From: Paragordius varius
Taxonomy: Eukaryota > Animalia > Nematomorpha
Direction of reading: 5' to 3'
DNA: 64,000 nt
Assembly: GCA_964247055.1 (NCBI GenBank)
Contig: OZ176051.1
Location: forward strand, 9,486,001 to 9,550,000
A program made the translations under genes and the position numbers. Numbering within the stretch: the stretch's first letter is position 1; each line of letters opens with the position of its first letter. This document shows, piece after piece, positions 24,211-37,344 of this stretch. Under the pieces are notes generated by a model. It searched no databases, was not told the DNA's origin, and worked only from the letters and a program-made list of their open reading frames with translations.

Positions 24211-25160
24211 ATCGAAATAAATCTATATGTTTATGTAATATTATATCCAATAAACAATCTCCGCTGTCCCAACAATCACTGAAAACCCCTAACATTTAGT
24301 GCCTAGTGCTTTATTAATTGTAAAATAAAATGATGTCAATGTACAATTCAATATATTTTTTCTGAATAAATATAATCTATAATACCAACAGTGATGTGGT
24401 AACTGTTATGTTAAGTTAGATCATAAAGATAGTATATAATAATGAAGTTGAAAACATTCCAAATTGTAACTAAATTGTGGGTTGGCTCAAAAACTTTTTT
24501 AAGTAGGTAATTTAAAATATTTGTTAAAAGCTATTAATTAATACGACCTATAGGTAAATTTTTGGCATTTTATTGGTATTTAATAAAAATAAAGATATAG
24601 TTGTTGGCATTATTTAATGAAAATCTACCAGTGTAATTCTATATTTTCTTTTCGCAAAATTATTTATTTTGTCGTGAACCTTCTATAAGATTCCGTTTCA
24701 TGTTCTTAAAATCACTTAAAATTATACAGTTAATTCCTTTTTTATATATAATAAATTAACTATAATACAAACTTTAAGTTTTATATAATTTAAAATTGGC
24801 GATCGTGTTTAAACCAGATTTGAGATTGTAAGCTTAGCCAGATCAAATACACTTTAATTTATTTTTTTACCGTAATAACTGTCGGGCAAGTTGTTTTGGT
24901 TTATTGCAAATATTGACATTTTACAAAACTAATGTATTAGACACGAGTTTTACATAATGTTTTTGTCGAAATACATAAAAATTAGGCTTTTGGTCCAAAG
25001 AAAATTAAAAAATATTTATTTAATAGCCTGCAATATCATTATACATTGCCAAATTTCAATAATATTTGCTTTATCTCCTTTAATATGTAGGGCCATTTTA
25101 TTTTAAAGCATTTCTATATAAGACCTCCAAGAATTATATCAAAGCTATTAATTTTTTGAA

Positions 25161-27693
25161 ATGATTTTACTACCAATTTTCTTCCTATTTGGGTTCTACA
25201 GTACATTAGCTCAGGAGCAACCGAATCCCGATGACATTTTGGTTTCATTTGGTCTAGAATATTATTATCAACTTCTTGATAAGTATCAAGGTCGAGCTAA
25301 CATAACTGTCAATTTTGCGTTTGGAACATTTTACTACCCTAATGTTAATTATTCACAATTTCTTGATCAAGAGATAGCGCCTAAATTGAATTTAGTTGAT
25401 GGCCCTTATTCCGTTTTGAAAAATGGTGTGACAATAAGGCATGGAAATATTTCTCTTCAAGGTAATAAATTTAATATTATAATACTCTTACATTGTGCAA
25501 GTGTTAATTTTTTACGTATGATTCATAGGCGAAAGATGCATATAATTTGTAATAACCGCCTTTCGCTAAATATCATAATAAACAATGTGTTATCCTTACA
25601 CACTAAGTTACGTTTTTTGCCCAATTTAAATATCAATAGATATTTTATATATATTTTCCATATATATTTTGCAAAGTAATTTTTCAATTTTTAGTAATTA
25701 CAGTGGGCATAGTATCACCAAATAAGATCAAAAAGTATGAGATCGATATAGCTGAGTTTTGGCAACCTCTTAAAAATTCAAAAACACCCCCTACCATTCA
25801 AATAACTACCAAATATGGAAAAGAAATGCCTTTTCAAGTGTCAAACAAAACAAAATTAATAATTAATATACCTGGTAAATGTGATTATGCTGGACTTTGG
25901 ACTATTAACATAGATGGTAAAGAACTTAACCTCATTTTGAAATTTTCTACCCTTTGACGGTACAAGAGCTACAATGGACGATTTATATTTGAGGAAAATT
26001 GTTCTGATTTGTTCAATGACCCAAATTTAGCCAAAACTTGTGAATTAAACCTTTATAGTCCTGGTAGAATTTATCAAATATCCAACGGCTCTATTCAAGC
26101 TAATATAACAGCGATTCATAATGAATTTTTAGTCCTTTTCGTGAATCAATATACATATAGAAGATGGATGATTAAATTTGATGGTTTTCATTATTTATTT
26201 TTACATTTCATATATATTTATAATTAAATGTATAATTTTTCCATCATCACACTGAATGCTCGAAGGCGAGTGTGTTAATGCTCTCAAAATTCTTTATGCA
26301 ATTCTCCTTTTTGTTATAAACTAGAAAAATAACTTAAAACTATGTATTATTTATCCAGGAACGTGGGACAAAGCTGGAAACTTTAAATATATGCCCAAAA
26401 GTTTAAGTAAGTTTAATTATTAATTTTTTTATTACAATTATATATTATTCAATATTTAACATCTTTTCCATTGCAAAAAAAACAAATATTCCGGTACATA
26501 CCTATTAATCGTAAATATTAAAAAACATGAGCTGCAAACTTTTTGTCAAATTAATTCCATATTGGGTATTAGTGCTCTCAGAAAACTCTATTAACGTATA
26601 TTAAAATCTGAGTTATATAAATTTTTTTACTAAAATTATTAAAAATCTGCAAACCTCACGTTATTATAGAATAATTAGGCTTAATTTAATATAATATGTT
26701 TAGCGAAAAGTGTTCGGAAATACTATCAGTGTGAAAATACAGTTAGTTTCTCAACACTTGGATGGAATATAAAAGATGTTGAGATTCTTGGCCCTTCTTA
26801 TGAATACCTGACTAAATTTAAAACCTATATGGACAATAATAAGTTGATACTAAGTGGTTCGAGAAAAGAAATATCCAAATACGACAAAATATATCTAAAA
26901 AAATCGGATTCTCTACATGAAATCAAATTGGTAGCTCAAAAGTGCCAAACTGCTTCCAAAAGTACTTATTTTTTTAAAAAATTTAAAGGAAATTAATGAT
27001 ATAATGCAACTTAACATGATTCCAACCCTTTAATATTGAAAAAATAATTTGCAAATAAAAATAAACGAAATTGTATTTTTACTTGATGTTCACTATAGGG
27101 AATAAATATACGCGATATGTCACACAAAGTTTTATTATATTGTTAAATTATTTATTATTTAGATAAAACATTATATAGATTATTTATAATTCTCAGCATG
27201 TATTTTATTTTCGGAAAATGTAGTTTGGGCATTAGTTAATACTTACTGGCGTAAAATTAAAATTTAACAAACAACAATTATTAGCTGATTAGTGAAAACA
27301 ACCATGCAAATACTCACACAATCGTAAATGAGTTTTATTAGATATTTAGTCATTGATGAATACGAGTATTATAACCATTCGCATAATTTGCCCGTAATAT
27401 ATAAACAAACCTCTTATGTCAATGATATGCGTTTTTTACTAATGTGTAATATATTACCCTTTATCGATATATTAGATATCGGATGGAATAGTGAGGCAAG
27501 CACCTGGGACCAAATCAAGCCACACCTGTTACCAAACCAATATTCTACAAGAATAACTTTGTATGCTAAATATCGGTCTCCGTATACAATCAAATGCAGA
27601 GCGAATTCTTGTATAAAGTTGCTTCTTTCGGCCGGTGATCAAATCGCTCTTGTTAATAATCAATTGCAACTAATGATAATAGAAAACATCTAA
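25161..27693 (+). pseudogene. Copy A3 of the secreted-protein gene (inverted; intact except for one lesion in exon 2)
   Basis: Exons 25161-25461, 25704-26183, 26359-26406, 26704-26961, 27350-27693. Exon 2 has -1 and -2 deletions (net -3) that enclose an in-frame TGA at 25955-25957; all other exons are open. Confidence 0.75.
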
Positions 27694-28795
27694 TACTTAT
27701 CTCGTTTTGTGATGATTTACAAAAATTAACTATATCTCACAAATAAATAATAAACATTTTAGGCAAATTCTTATTTGATCCCACAACTTTGAATAAGTAA
27801 AACGTTGATTTAAAGAGATAATTAAAGCCTCATAAACCAACAGTAGTATCTCGATTCCATTTATCTACCAGCACTGTCCTACACGCGGCCTTCTGCAATA
27901 ATTTGCGGCCCGCGAAAGTTTTTGGATTTATCAAATAAATTCATAATTTTAATATTCCAAAAATAATTTAATAACAACAATAAAATATTTAACTTTTAGA
28001 ATATATTTTTAGGTGTTGTTTAGATTTGCCCTAAAATTTTATATCTATTTTATGTTTTGAGCTGAAATATTTATTGAAGCGAGAGTATTATCGGTTTCAT
28101 TTTCACGGTTATGCCGTACGTAAAAGCCCTTTTTTAAATATGATTTTTGTATATTAGGTTAGGATTATTGAAATCATTTTATTAGTGGTACTCCTACAAT
28201 GACCCTAAGGGATCTTTTTCCCTTAAATAATTTAATATATTTTGAAATGTTTATTTTAAGTATAAATATCTGCAAATGTGTCAAATATCTCTGAAATTTT
28301 TATCGGATTACATGGTTACTTGGCCCTTGCGACAAGATAATTTTTTTTCGTCCCTTTATCTTTTGTTGTTGAGTACCAATGCCGTAAGCTTTTGTGAATA
28401 CAATCAATAATTTATATTAGCATTATTTATTACTAGGCTATTTCATTTACCAATAGTTTGGGAAGTTGTTCGATTAGAAAATTTATTTAAATAGCATCGA
28501 ACTTAGCAAGAACATGTTCCGTTGGGTTCGAACCAACCTGTTTGGTTACAAAATTTAATCTTCATCTCGTTCTATATTCAAATTTTGAAGTTTAGGATTA
28601 GGCTTATGATACATATACATAATTATAATTGAGTTTCCCTCTATTGGTTAATATTTTATTCAAGCTAATGTGCGATAAAAATGTTATTTTCCCGCAAATT
28701 GCAAGAAATAATTACTTTTTTTCCAGAATATTAATCGCATTTATCATTTCGATGTCCATTATCTTAAAGCTTTTAGCTATTCATAAATTATTACT

Positions 28796-29226
28796 CGATT
28801 TTAATGCTCCTTTAATTACTTTACATTTTGGTAATATAATTTTAACCCAAATATAGTCCGATAATTAATTAACGAAAACTATTTCATATTTTTTTTGAAT
28901 TTTATATCATAATAATAATAGATGTTTGCCGATCAATTATAATCTGATGTAGACTATTCGAATGAATCAAAGCTATTTTTTGTGTTTAATTATATTGTTG
29001 ATTAAATATTATTTTAAAACTTACACAAGTTATAAAAAAATTAAACACAAAAAATAGCTTTGATTCATTCGAATAGATTATGATTGATCGGCAAACATCT
29101 ATTATTATTATGATACAAAATTCAAAAAAATATAATGAAATAGATTTTGTTAATTAATTATCGGACTATATTTGGGTTAAAATTATATTACCAAAATGTA
29201 AAGTAATTAAAGGAGCATTATAATCG
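28796..29226. repeat. Foldback palindrome with ~190-bp arms and ~50-bp spacer
   Basis: 28796-28990 is the near-perfect reverse complement of 29039-29226. Confidence 0.9.
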
Positions 29227-29796
29227 AAATCCTTCATGCATGAACAGTTATAATTAAGTTTAAATCACACATACAACTTTACCGTAAATTCTATCATGAA
29301 ACCGAAATAAAATATCAAAAATTGGGAAATATTTTTATGTATTAATTGAATCTAAATATATAAATAATGTTTTTTAATATCTATTTGCTATAAATGCTAC
29401 TACATTACAAATGATTAAATAGTACAATTTAAATATTTAATTTATTTGAACGGGCTATTTTTTAACCGTTTAGAAAGGGTAATATACAAACCTGTTTTAA
29501 ATATCCAGCCAAATATAATAATACATATTACCACAAAACTTATCAATGAATTTTTTATTTTCCAATACACAACCATTAATTTAATATAGATAATAACTGT
29601 TTAACACTGTAAAATATACATGAAATACATATTGGAAATTATTAAAATAACAGCAAAAATATTATTTTTCTAAATAAAAGACAAAATATTAGTCAAATCA
29701 AATACCCATTCATATATTTTTAAATCAGTCGGATATATCTGATGCTGTCATATACTTATTGATTCAACTAAGAGACGACGTCATGCAGAGTACGCA

Positions 29797-30986
29797 TACG
29801 ATTATTTATCACAAACCCCATTTTATTAATTAGACATTTAATAAACATACGTAGGCCTCTTGCTCTTGCTCTTGTCTTTCATTAATGATGTCGAATTTTA
29901 TAAAAAGAGCATTTACATCAAGATTGCTTTATTTCATTGAAAATAGGCAGTTGAGAGTCATTGTTTGCTGCATATTAATTAACCTCAATCGATTACAAGT
30001 ATGAAACATGTTTAATTTAAAAGTTCTGATTTCAATGTAAAAGTCAGTGGGCGCTCACGTAGACCACATCTTTGCTAATGATAAAGGACAATAGTTAATT
30101 AATGATATATCTCGATAACGGCAAATGGGAGAAGCATTACATGTATCACATAGTCTGCAAAAGAGAAAGGCACATAAACTCGGAAAATGGGTCGTACACA
30201 ATTTGAATGACATCAAATCGCAATAAAATAGCTAGTGAAATCCATCATTGTGACGAAAGAAAATCAGTTTGCCTCGAAATGTGATAGGTTATGAGAATGG
30301 GTTAATTTGCAAATGCGTAAAATTTGTGGCTTTCATTTTGCAAAGATGACGGTCTATGAACAACAGCCAAAATTGCTTTTGCAAAAAGACAATGCTGTGT
30401 TGGTAGGATCAGAGTGTTATTTATTATGAAGTCTTAAAACCCGCGGGTAAAACTGTTACTTTCACCAACAAGTGGTAAATTTAAACTATGCATTAATAAA
30501 AAACAACCGGAATGTGTTAGAAGATATTACGATTTTACAATATAACAAATCCGAATTACACAGAACGAGTGAAATGAAACTTCTTCTCGATGGGATATAC
30601 GCATCACCTGTAGACACCTTACCTTACAACTACCTCTTTGCATCAATGGATACGCGAACAGAGTAGCACTTTAATAATTTCAAAGAAAATGGCTTGCCAA
30701 ATTGTCTGCCGCATAAAACAAATAGTTTTTCTGGCATAGCAATCATGTTTTTCCTGAATAATAAGAATCGATTCACAATAAGCCATGTGAATGAGCTTAT
30801 TTTTAAGCTCAATCACCTGGATGAATTATGTGGACATATATTTGAGGGAGGTGATTGATTTTTTGAGGCGTATTGAAAATTTTAATCAATATGATGGAAA
30901 AAAGTTCGAATTGCGATTTATATTTGGTCTTATTTAAAAGTTTTGTAATAATTTTTAGATATCCGTGCATTTTTATAAATACCGTA
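29797..30986 (+). mobile_element. Decayed mariner (Mos1-like) DNA transposon
   Basis: Broken frames give MSNF..KEH (29888), GKWVVHNLND (equivalent to GRWVPHELNE, ~30182), TMLCW*DQSVIYYEVLKP (equivalent to TMLCVWWDQSGVIYYELLKP) and YASPVDTLPYNYLFASM (equivalent to YSPDLAPSDYHLFASM). Degenerate TIRs TACGATTATTTAT / ATAAATACCGTA; ~1.2 kb. Confidence 0.85.
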
Positions 30987-31099
30987 ATAAGGACTGGAAG
31001 GCTTTAGCCAAAGAAATGACTGATTTGAGATACAAAGCAACCGAGGGATGATCGATATATGTTATAAATATAATTTTGATAATTAAATAAAAAATATAT

Positions 31100-31990
31100 T
31101 AATTTATTGTGTAAAAATAAAGTATTAATAAAATTGTTTTTGTTTCTCCGAATTGGCTGACTATTAGATATAGGAGCTTTCTGATTTTCTGATATAGGGT
31201 TTGCTAACTCATTCAATGCTACCTATCGCTTTTATTACACTGATCAACAAGGTTTTGCACCACCCCATTATTTTTGCATTTTCTGATACCTAATGGCATG
31301 GATAGGCCAAAACAAAAAAGAAAATTAAGGCCACCAATAGGATTTTTCCAAAATTTAATTTTTAAATTTGTATTTAATTCAAAAATAACAATCATTCCTC
31401 GTGTACATATGTTTAAATATTCAAACAAGCAAGTCGATACAAGTAATTTTTCATGCATGGATAACAAATTCTAAGCATTAAATAAGATACTAAACAAGCT
31501 AAGAGCCAAAGTATTAAAAATCTAAAAGGGCTTATGTATAGTGTGATAGATCCGGGCGGCTGCACAAGTTCTGCATATCCCCCAAGCGATCCAATTATGC
31601 CAGATATGGCAAAGATAACAATAAGAATCGTAAAGTCCGATAATAGACTTGCAAGCAAAATCCAGGCAAATTGACATGTTAAATTAACCAATTTACAGAA
31701 TAAAGTTAGATAAATACAATTAAATTGAATATAAATTAGGTAAATACAAATGGTCCAACCCCATAACAGTAAATTCTACTAAAAGTGGCTAAACAACATC
31801 CATCTGAAATTCAAAATACAAAACAACCAATAATTTTAAAAAAATAAGGTATATCCACTAGGCATAAATAAAGAATTTTTTATAAGAACCAACTCAAGAG
31901 AAGAAGTCTAATAAGTACTCGAAAGAACGAAAACTAACAAATAAATATAGCCTATCTGAAAGCCAAAGGTTTAAACCATAGCATCCCTTT
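31100..31990 (-). pseudogene. Decayed multi-TM, rhodopsin-GPCR-like sequence (second family)
   Basis: LYLCLVDIPYF (TM2 LxxxD-like), VNLTCQFAWILLASL (TM3-like), LIVIFAISGIIGSL, LNFLFCFGLSMP (TM6-like) and LNELANPI (NPxxY-like); many stops and shifts. Confidence 0.4.
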
Positions 31991-32419
31991 TTTAGTATTT
32001 TTTAAAAAAATTTTATACGTATTAAAAATTCACTTGAAAGAAAAGGACTAAATTTTGACGTTTAAGTCCGTACTATTTTTTTCTCTCTGATATTTAAATG
32101 ACATATTTATATTCAAAAGATAGAGTTTAAAACGCTTTATTAAATGATATTAAGTTTATAATATAATAACATTTTATTATAAAGTTATATTTAATTTTCT
32201 CTCGATTTTCTCTTGTTTTTGAAAAATTGAAAAACCTATAATATTTCAAAATTCTGATTGGCGGGAAAAATTTTTTCAAATTCGGTTTTAAAACACTGAA
32301 ATTAGTCATAATTTAAAAAGTTTGAGTGGCTTAAAAATGTCCGAATTTGTCGACTAGTGTTATGCTTTATACCTGTAAAGTAACAAAAGTATAAATCGTA
32401 AAACTTGAAAGATATTAAT

Positions 32420-32725
32420 TCGTTTTTTATACTCTTTACATACTATTTTTAAATGAACATAATTTGCATGATATCAAATAAAACAAATAATTTCGAGTAA
32501 CTAATGGATATGTTATTTACTTAATACAAAATATAATAAGACATGAAAATCTCACTAAAAACTATATCATACATGCAAAATATATATTTAAAATTTGCAT
32601 ATGTAACCTTACAATAGCCTTAGGAGAGTCGGATCGGCTTCCGCCGAATTCTCTCAGGGTAACTACGCTCATGCGAATTTTCATTTATATTGTAATTATT
32701 ACTAATACTATCATTACTACTTTCA
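32420..32725 (-). mobile_element. Relic of a related gypsy element: last ~35 codons of integrase and the probable start of a 3' LTR
   Basis: NESSNDSISNNYNINENSHERSYPERIRRKPIRLS* versus NESSNDNINNNNDNINANPHERRYPERIRRKPVRFS* in the intact element; followed by TGTAAGG..ATGCAAAT. Confidence 0.7.
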
Positions 32726-32897
32726 TTATCCAGGTATCCAGAAAGTGTGACAGGCATGGTTCTAACCGCCACTGTACGCACAGGACGACCCTTACTGCCT
32801 TCCTGCGCTTTTACGCGCTGGGCAGGGGGACGCCACTTCATTGCTGGGTGCTTCTAAGGGTATATGGAGTATGTAGTACAACAAACAAATTAAAAGC

Positions 32898-34500
32898 GAT
32901 AATAATAATATTAAATTATATGCAATTTAGCCCTATCAAAGTATTTAATGTTACAATCGACCACAAATTATCTCCCACAGAATCCGCCCTCTTTGCAGAT
33001 AGTCTTTGAAGGCGGCGCTCGCGTCGACGTTGGCGTTTGGCGTAGTGGAGTCTCTCCTCTTCCTTTAACAATTCGTTCTTAATATGAATACACCTATACT
33101 ACCAACCCCCATTTAGCACTAGAGTTATAAAGTCTGACTCCGCAAGGCCCCCACGCTGCAGGAATTCATACGTCCAAGCCATGTTTTTTACACTTCCAAT
33201 AAGCTGGGCCGGGATCCAGTTTTAATTCCAGTTGCCTTAAGCGGACTCATTTCATTATGGCGCAGTTGATGGGATACCACATTCAGACTTGATAACGGTA
33301 TTCCCAGCACGAGAGGCAAGGTATCGGTTTTTAAGTGAAGTTTACAAGTGGCAAGTTGGCACCGTGTTTTCTTGGAGTAGATATCACCTGTGATGACTTT
33401 CAACGATTTATTTACAAATACCTGAGCCTTGCGGGTATACTTGATAGAATTTGGCCACACCGACAATCATAGAATTCTACGAAGGATTAGAATTTTAAAC
33501 ATTTTTAACTTCAGCTTTTGGCCAACCTCTTTCGAGCGCCATGAACAATGTGAACCGTCAAAAATGAGCTTTGCGGAATGCAACCTGAATAGAAGTGATT
33601 TAAGGGCGCATCCGTTTTATCCGCCATAACTCCCAGGTATCGAAAGGACTCCACAACCTCAAGCTCCCCTCCAGTGTGGAACATCCTCATATCAGACCTA
33701 TTATCATCACTTTTGACTTTTCATAATTAATATTTATGCCAATAGTCGTCAGTTCAGATTCCAGCTGGTCCAGAGCCTGTCCCAGGTTTTTCTCCGTATC
33801 CGTTAAGATGCAAAGGTCGTCTGAATAGCAGAGCACCTGGAAAAAGACGTTGGGAAAGCTCGCATATAATTTTCGTACTATTGAGTCCATAGCCAAATTG
33901 AAGAGTTTAGGGGACAGAGGGCATCCTTGCTTCAGGCCTCGTTCCAAGTAGATGTAGTCCGAACGGGTCGTTTCAACTGCCACCCGACTTCGTGGTCGGA
34001 TTATCAAGTGAACTATAATCTTAAAATTTTCTACCATATCAACCTTCTTCAAACGCATGACGTTCTTCCTATCTAGTTTATCAAATGCCTTGGCTATATC
34101 CACAAAGCCCAAGTAGAGCGGGTGCTTATGTCGCCTGCTTTTTAGGATGAATATTACCAATGAACAGAATAAATCCATCGTTCCCCTGCCCCGCTTAAAA
34201 CCCCATATTGCGTGATGAAAATCATTATCAAAGGACTGCAGTCTAGAAAGGGCAATGTTGGTCAATACCTTGTACACTGTGTTCACCAGGGCTATACCCC
34301 TGTAATCATTGAGGGTGCCTCGATTCTCCTGTTTTGCGATATTAATTACCTCGCATTCCACCCATTCCTCCATCAGTGTGCCACGTTCTAACCAACTATT
34401 GATGACAGGCAAGATTTTGTCGATGCACCAGTTTATTTCCTTTTTCCAGACATCCGCCGCACTGCGATCTGGCCCTGGGCATTTATAATTTCGTAAAAAG
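32898..34500 (-). mobile_element. 5'-truncated non-LTR retrotransposon (RTE-like RT plus C-terminal domain), few disruptions
   Basis: KCPGPD, DYRGIALVNTVYK, FVDIAKAFD, GLKQGCPLSP, YSDD, VVESFRYLG and QVFVNKSLKVI; the ORF ends ~32915 followed by a short (ATT)n tail. Confidence 0.88.
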
Positions 34501-34635
34501 TCAATATCTAGACGAAATGTCCCTCATCAATTCAATCTAAGTGATGCGCCAGGTGAAAAGATAATTGCAAACGATTTTGGGGCAAGGGGGGCCAGTATTA
34601 AATCTTGCGGGGGACCCACAATTTATAGTTCGGCC

Positions 34636-35290
34636 ATTGGTTTCTATCAAATCATATAAATTAAATTATTAATACCTGAAGTAAAAGTGAATTTTATAAA
34701 CTTTTCTTCCAATGTCCCTTTGGATTCGGTTTCATTTTGAATAAGAGAGGTGTCTTTTTCGTTCATCCTTGTTAAAGTCCATTTACTTAATAAAATATAG
34801 GCTAACCATGCCACAATGATCAAAATAAAACAAATTATAAAAATGAGTAATATAAAAGTAGTATCAATATTAAATGGATTAGATGCAACATGTTTCGAAC
34901 GTAAACGTTTATTTTAAATTTATAAAATATTTTAGCCAATTATTGTTAAAAATATCACAAAATCTATTTAGCTCTTTTCAAATTTTCCCATTAATTTTAT
35001 TTAGAGTATTGAGTAAAGCCAAAAAATATTTTTTACGATAAAAACTATCTTTGGGCGTACTCTAAGTCGAGAAATCCCTTTACCGAGCCATTATATTCTT
35101 TGGTTAATATTGGTGATTTTAACAAATTTAATAAATATTTTTTTGTAAAATTTTGAACCGAATAAGTGTATTTTCTAAAAACACAATTGTAAGTTATTAA
35201 TGGAGTATTTTGATATTGATGTCGGGAAATCGATCCTGTCAAACTTGAATAAAGATCTCAAAACTATTCAACAGTTTATTATAAGCTCCG
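34636..35290 (-). pseudogene. Third, more diverged and truncated copy of the synaptotagmin-like 5' region (upstream sequence, TM exon, first intron)
   Basis: Aligns with 8085-8700; breaks off about 8 nt into exon 2 at a MITE-like repeat. Confidence 0.6.
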
Positions 35291-35699
35291 AGATATGCAC
35301 CGATCTATATTAATTTATATTACGCACCAAAAAAACATTGGATTTTTAGATTCCTCTTTATCAAAGAGCTTGCTATTAACTCAGATAAATTTTTTCATTG
35401 GTTCATAAAACTTAATTTTTTTTCCTCACATTCCATATTTACACTAAATTTAATTTACAGTTAGCCAGGGTTCGTCAATTTTATTTTAATTTGTATCGAA
35501 ATTGGTATAAACAGGGTTCAACACAAATAACTTCGCGGCTTCTGTGATAATTTCTGGTTATTTTTTATTTATTTTGAGCTCTTTTGATTGATATATCTTA
35601 TAAATAATCGTACGTTTTGATTGAAATCTAATTTTTTTTAACATTTATTAGAGCACTTATGCATACACCCTGCTTTAAAACTTAATTGTAAATGTTTAC

Positions 35700-36270
35700 A
35701 TAATGCAGCTAAACTAGCGGAAAATGGATGGTAGGGGATCAAAAAAGTTGGTAATAATTTTATAAAAAATTCCCAGAGGTAGAATTATAACGAGTTCCAC
35801 TGCAAAGCATATGTATTTAAACTAATTAAAAAGAGGGGGAGATCAATCAGCACTCCAATAACAACCAAAGACATACATGTAGCAATTTTAGTGGATAGGA
35901 AGCGGTAAACTATCAACTTGTAAATAATGTCACATAATATCTTGTCTCTAACTGGATAGTGTTGTCAGAATGTTGTTATTACTATAAAAACACATGTTGT
36001 AAAGAGAACGACGAAAATAAAGAGAAAAGCAGTTAAATTTGGACGATGACACACTGGATCCTTTGAAAACCAACTAAACATCCCACTTTGATAAAAAGAC
36101 AAAAACTGTTTGATGGGCAACAAATATTCATCAATGAGTAGGTGCTGAAGCTTAAAAATATATTTGCGTTTGCGATGTTACCAATTATATTCAGGTGGGA
36201 AAGTTTTGGGAATTTCTAACATATTTAAACATAATATGGTAAAACGGCAAAAATGGGGATCTAAAAATAA
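35700..36270 (-). pseudogene. Decayed rhodopsin-type GPCR-like sequence, copy D2
   Basis: In order: TM1-like IPIFAV..ILCLNML; TM2-like RKYIFKLQHLLIDEYLLP; TM3-like CHRPNLTAFLFIFVVLFTTCVFIVITTF; TM4-like TKIATCMSLVVIGVLIDLPLF; TM5-like YLWEFFIKLLP. In-frame TGA/TAA are present. Pattern match by eye only. Confidence 0.45.
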
Positions 36271-37344
36271 TTTATGAATAGCTAAAAGCTTTGAGATAAT
36301 GGACATCGAAATGATAAATGCGATTAAAATTCTGAAAAAAAGTATTAAATTTTCAATTTGCGAATAGCATTTTTATCGCACATTAGATTAAATAAAATAA
36401 TAAACAATAGAGGAAAATTCAACTATATATTATTGTTTATATTATTATAAGCCTAATCCAAAACTTGAATATAGAACGAGATGGGTATTAAAATTATTGT
36501 AACCGAACAAATTGGTTCGAACCCAACGAAATATGTTTCTACGTTCGATACTATTTAAATAAATTTTCTAATCGAGCAACTTCCCAAACAATTGGTAAAT
36601 GAAATAGCCTAGTACTAATTAATGATAAAATAAATTAGGGATTTTTTTCACAAAGGCTTACAGCAGTGGTTACAAAATATAAAGGGACGAAAAAAAAATA
36701 TCTTGTCGCAATGGTTAAGCACACACCATGTAATACCGATAAAATTTCATAGCTTTTTTGACACATTTGCAGATATTTATACTTAAAATAAACATTTAAA
36801 AATATAATAAATTTAAGGAGATTCCCTAGGGTCACGGTTGGAGTACCTCTGCTAAAATGATTTTAATAATCCTAACCTAATTTAAAAATATCATATTTAC
36901 AAAAGGGCATCGTACGGCAGAACCGTGAAAATAAAACCGATAATACTCTCGCGTCAATAAATATTTCAGCTCAAAACATAAAATAGATATAAAATTGTAG
37001 GGCAAATCTAGACAACACCTAATAATATATTCTAAAAGTTAAATATTTTATTGACTGTGTTATTAAATTATTTTTGGAATATTAAAATTTTGAATTTATT
37101 TGATAAATCCAAAAACTTTCGCGGGCCGCAAATCGTTGCAGAAGACCGCGTGTAGGAGAGTGCTGGAAGATAAATGGACAATAAAAATCGCAATACTAGT
37201 GTTGGTTTGGTATGAGGCTTTAATTACCTCTTTAAATCAACGTTTTACTTATTCAAAGTTGTGGGCCCAAATAAGAATTAATTGCCTAAAATGTTTATTA
37301 TTTATTTGTTAATTTTTGAAAATCATCACAAAACGAGATAAGGA

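Larger units (their letters stand above)
17755..28792. repeat. Large inverted duplication: arms ~17755-22020 and ~24444-28792, spacer ~2.4 kb
   Basis: The right arm is the reverse complement of the left (e.g. 24444 AAGTTGAAAACATTCC vs ~22005-22020; 28770-28792 vs 17755-17777), placing A2 and A3 head-to-head. Confidence 0.9.
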
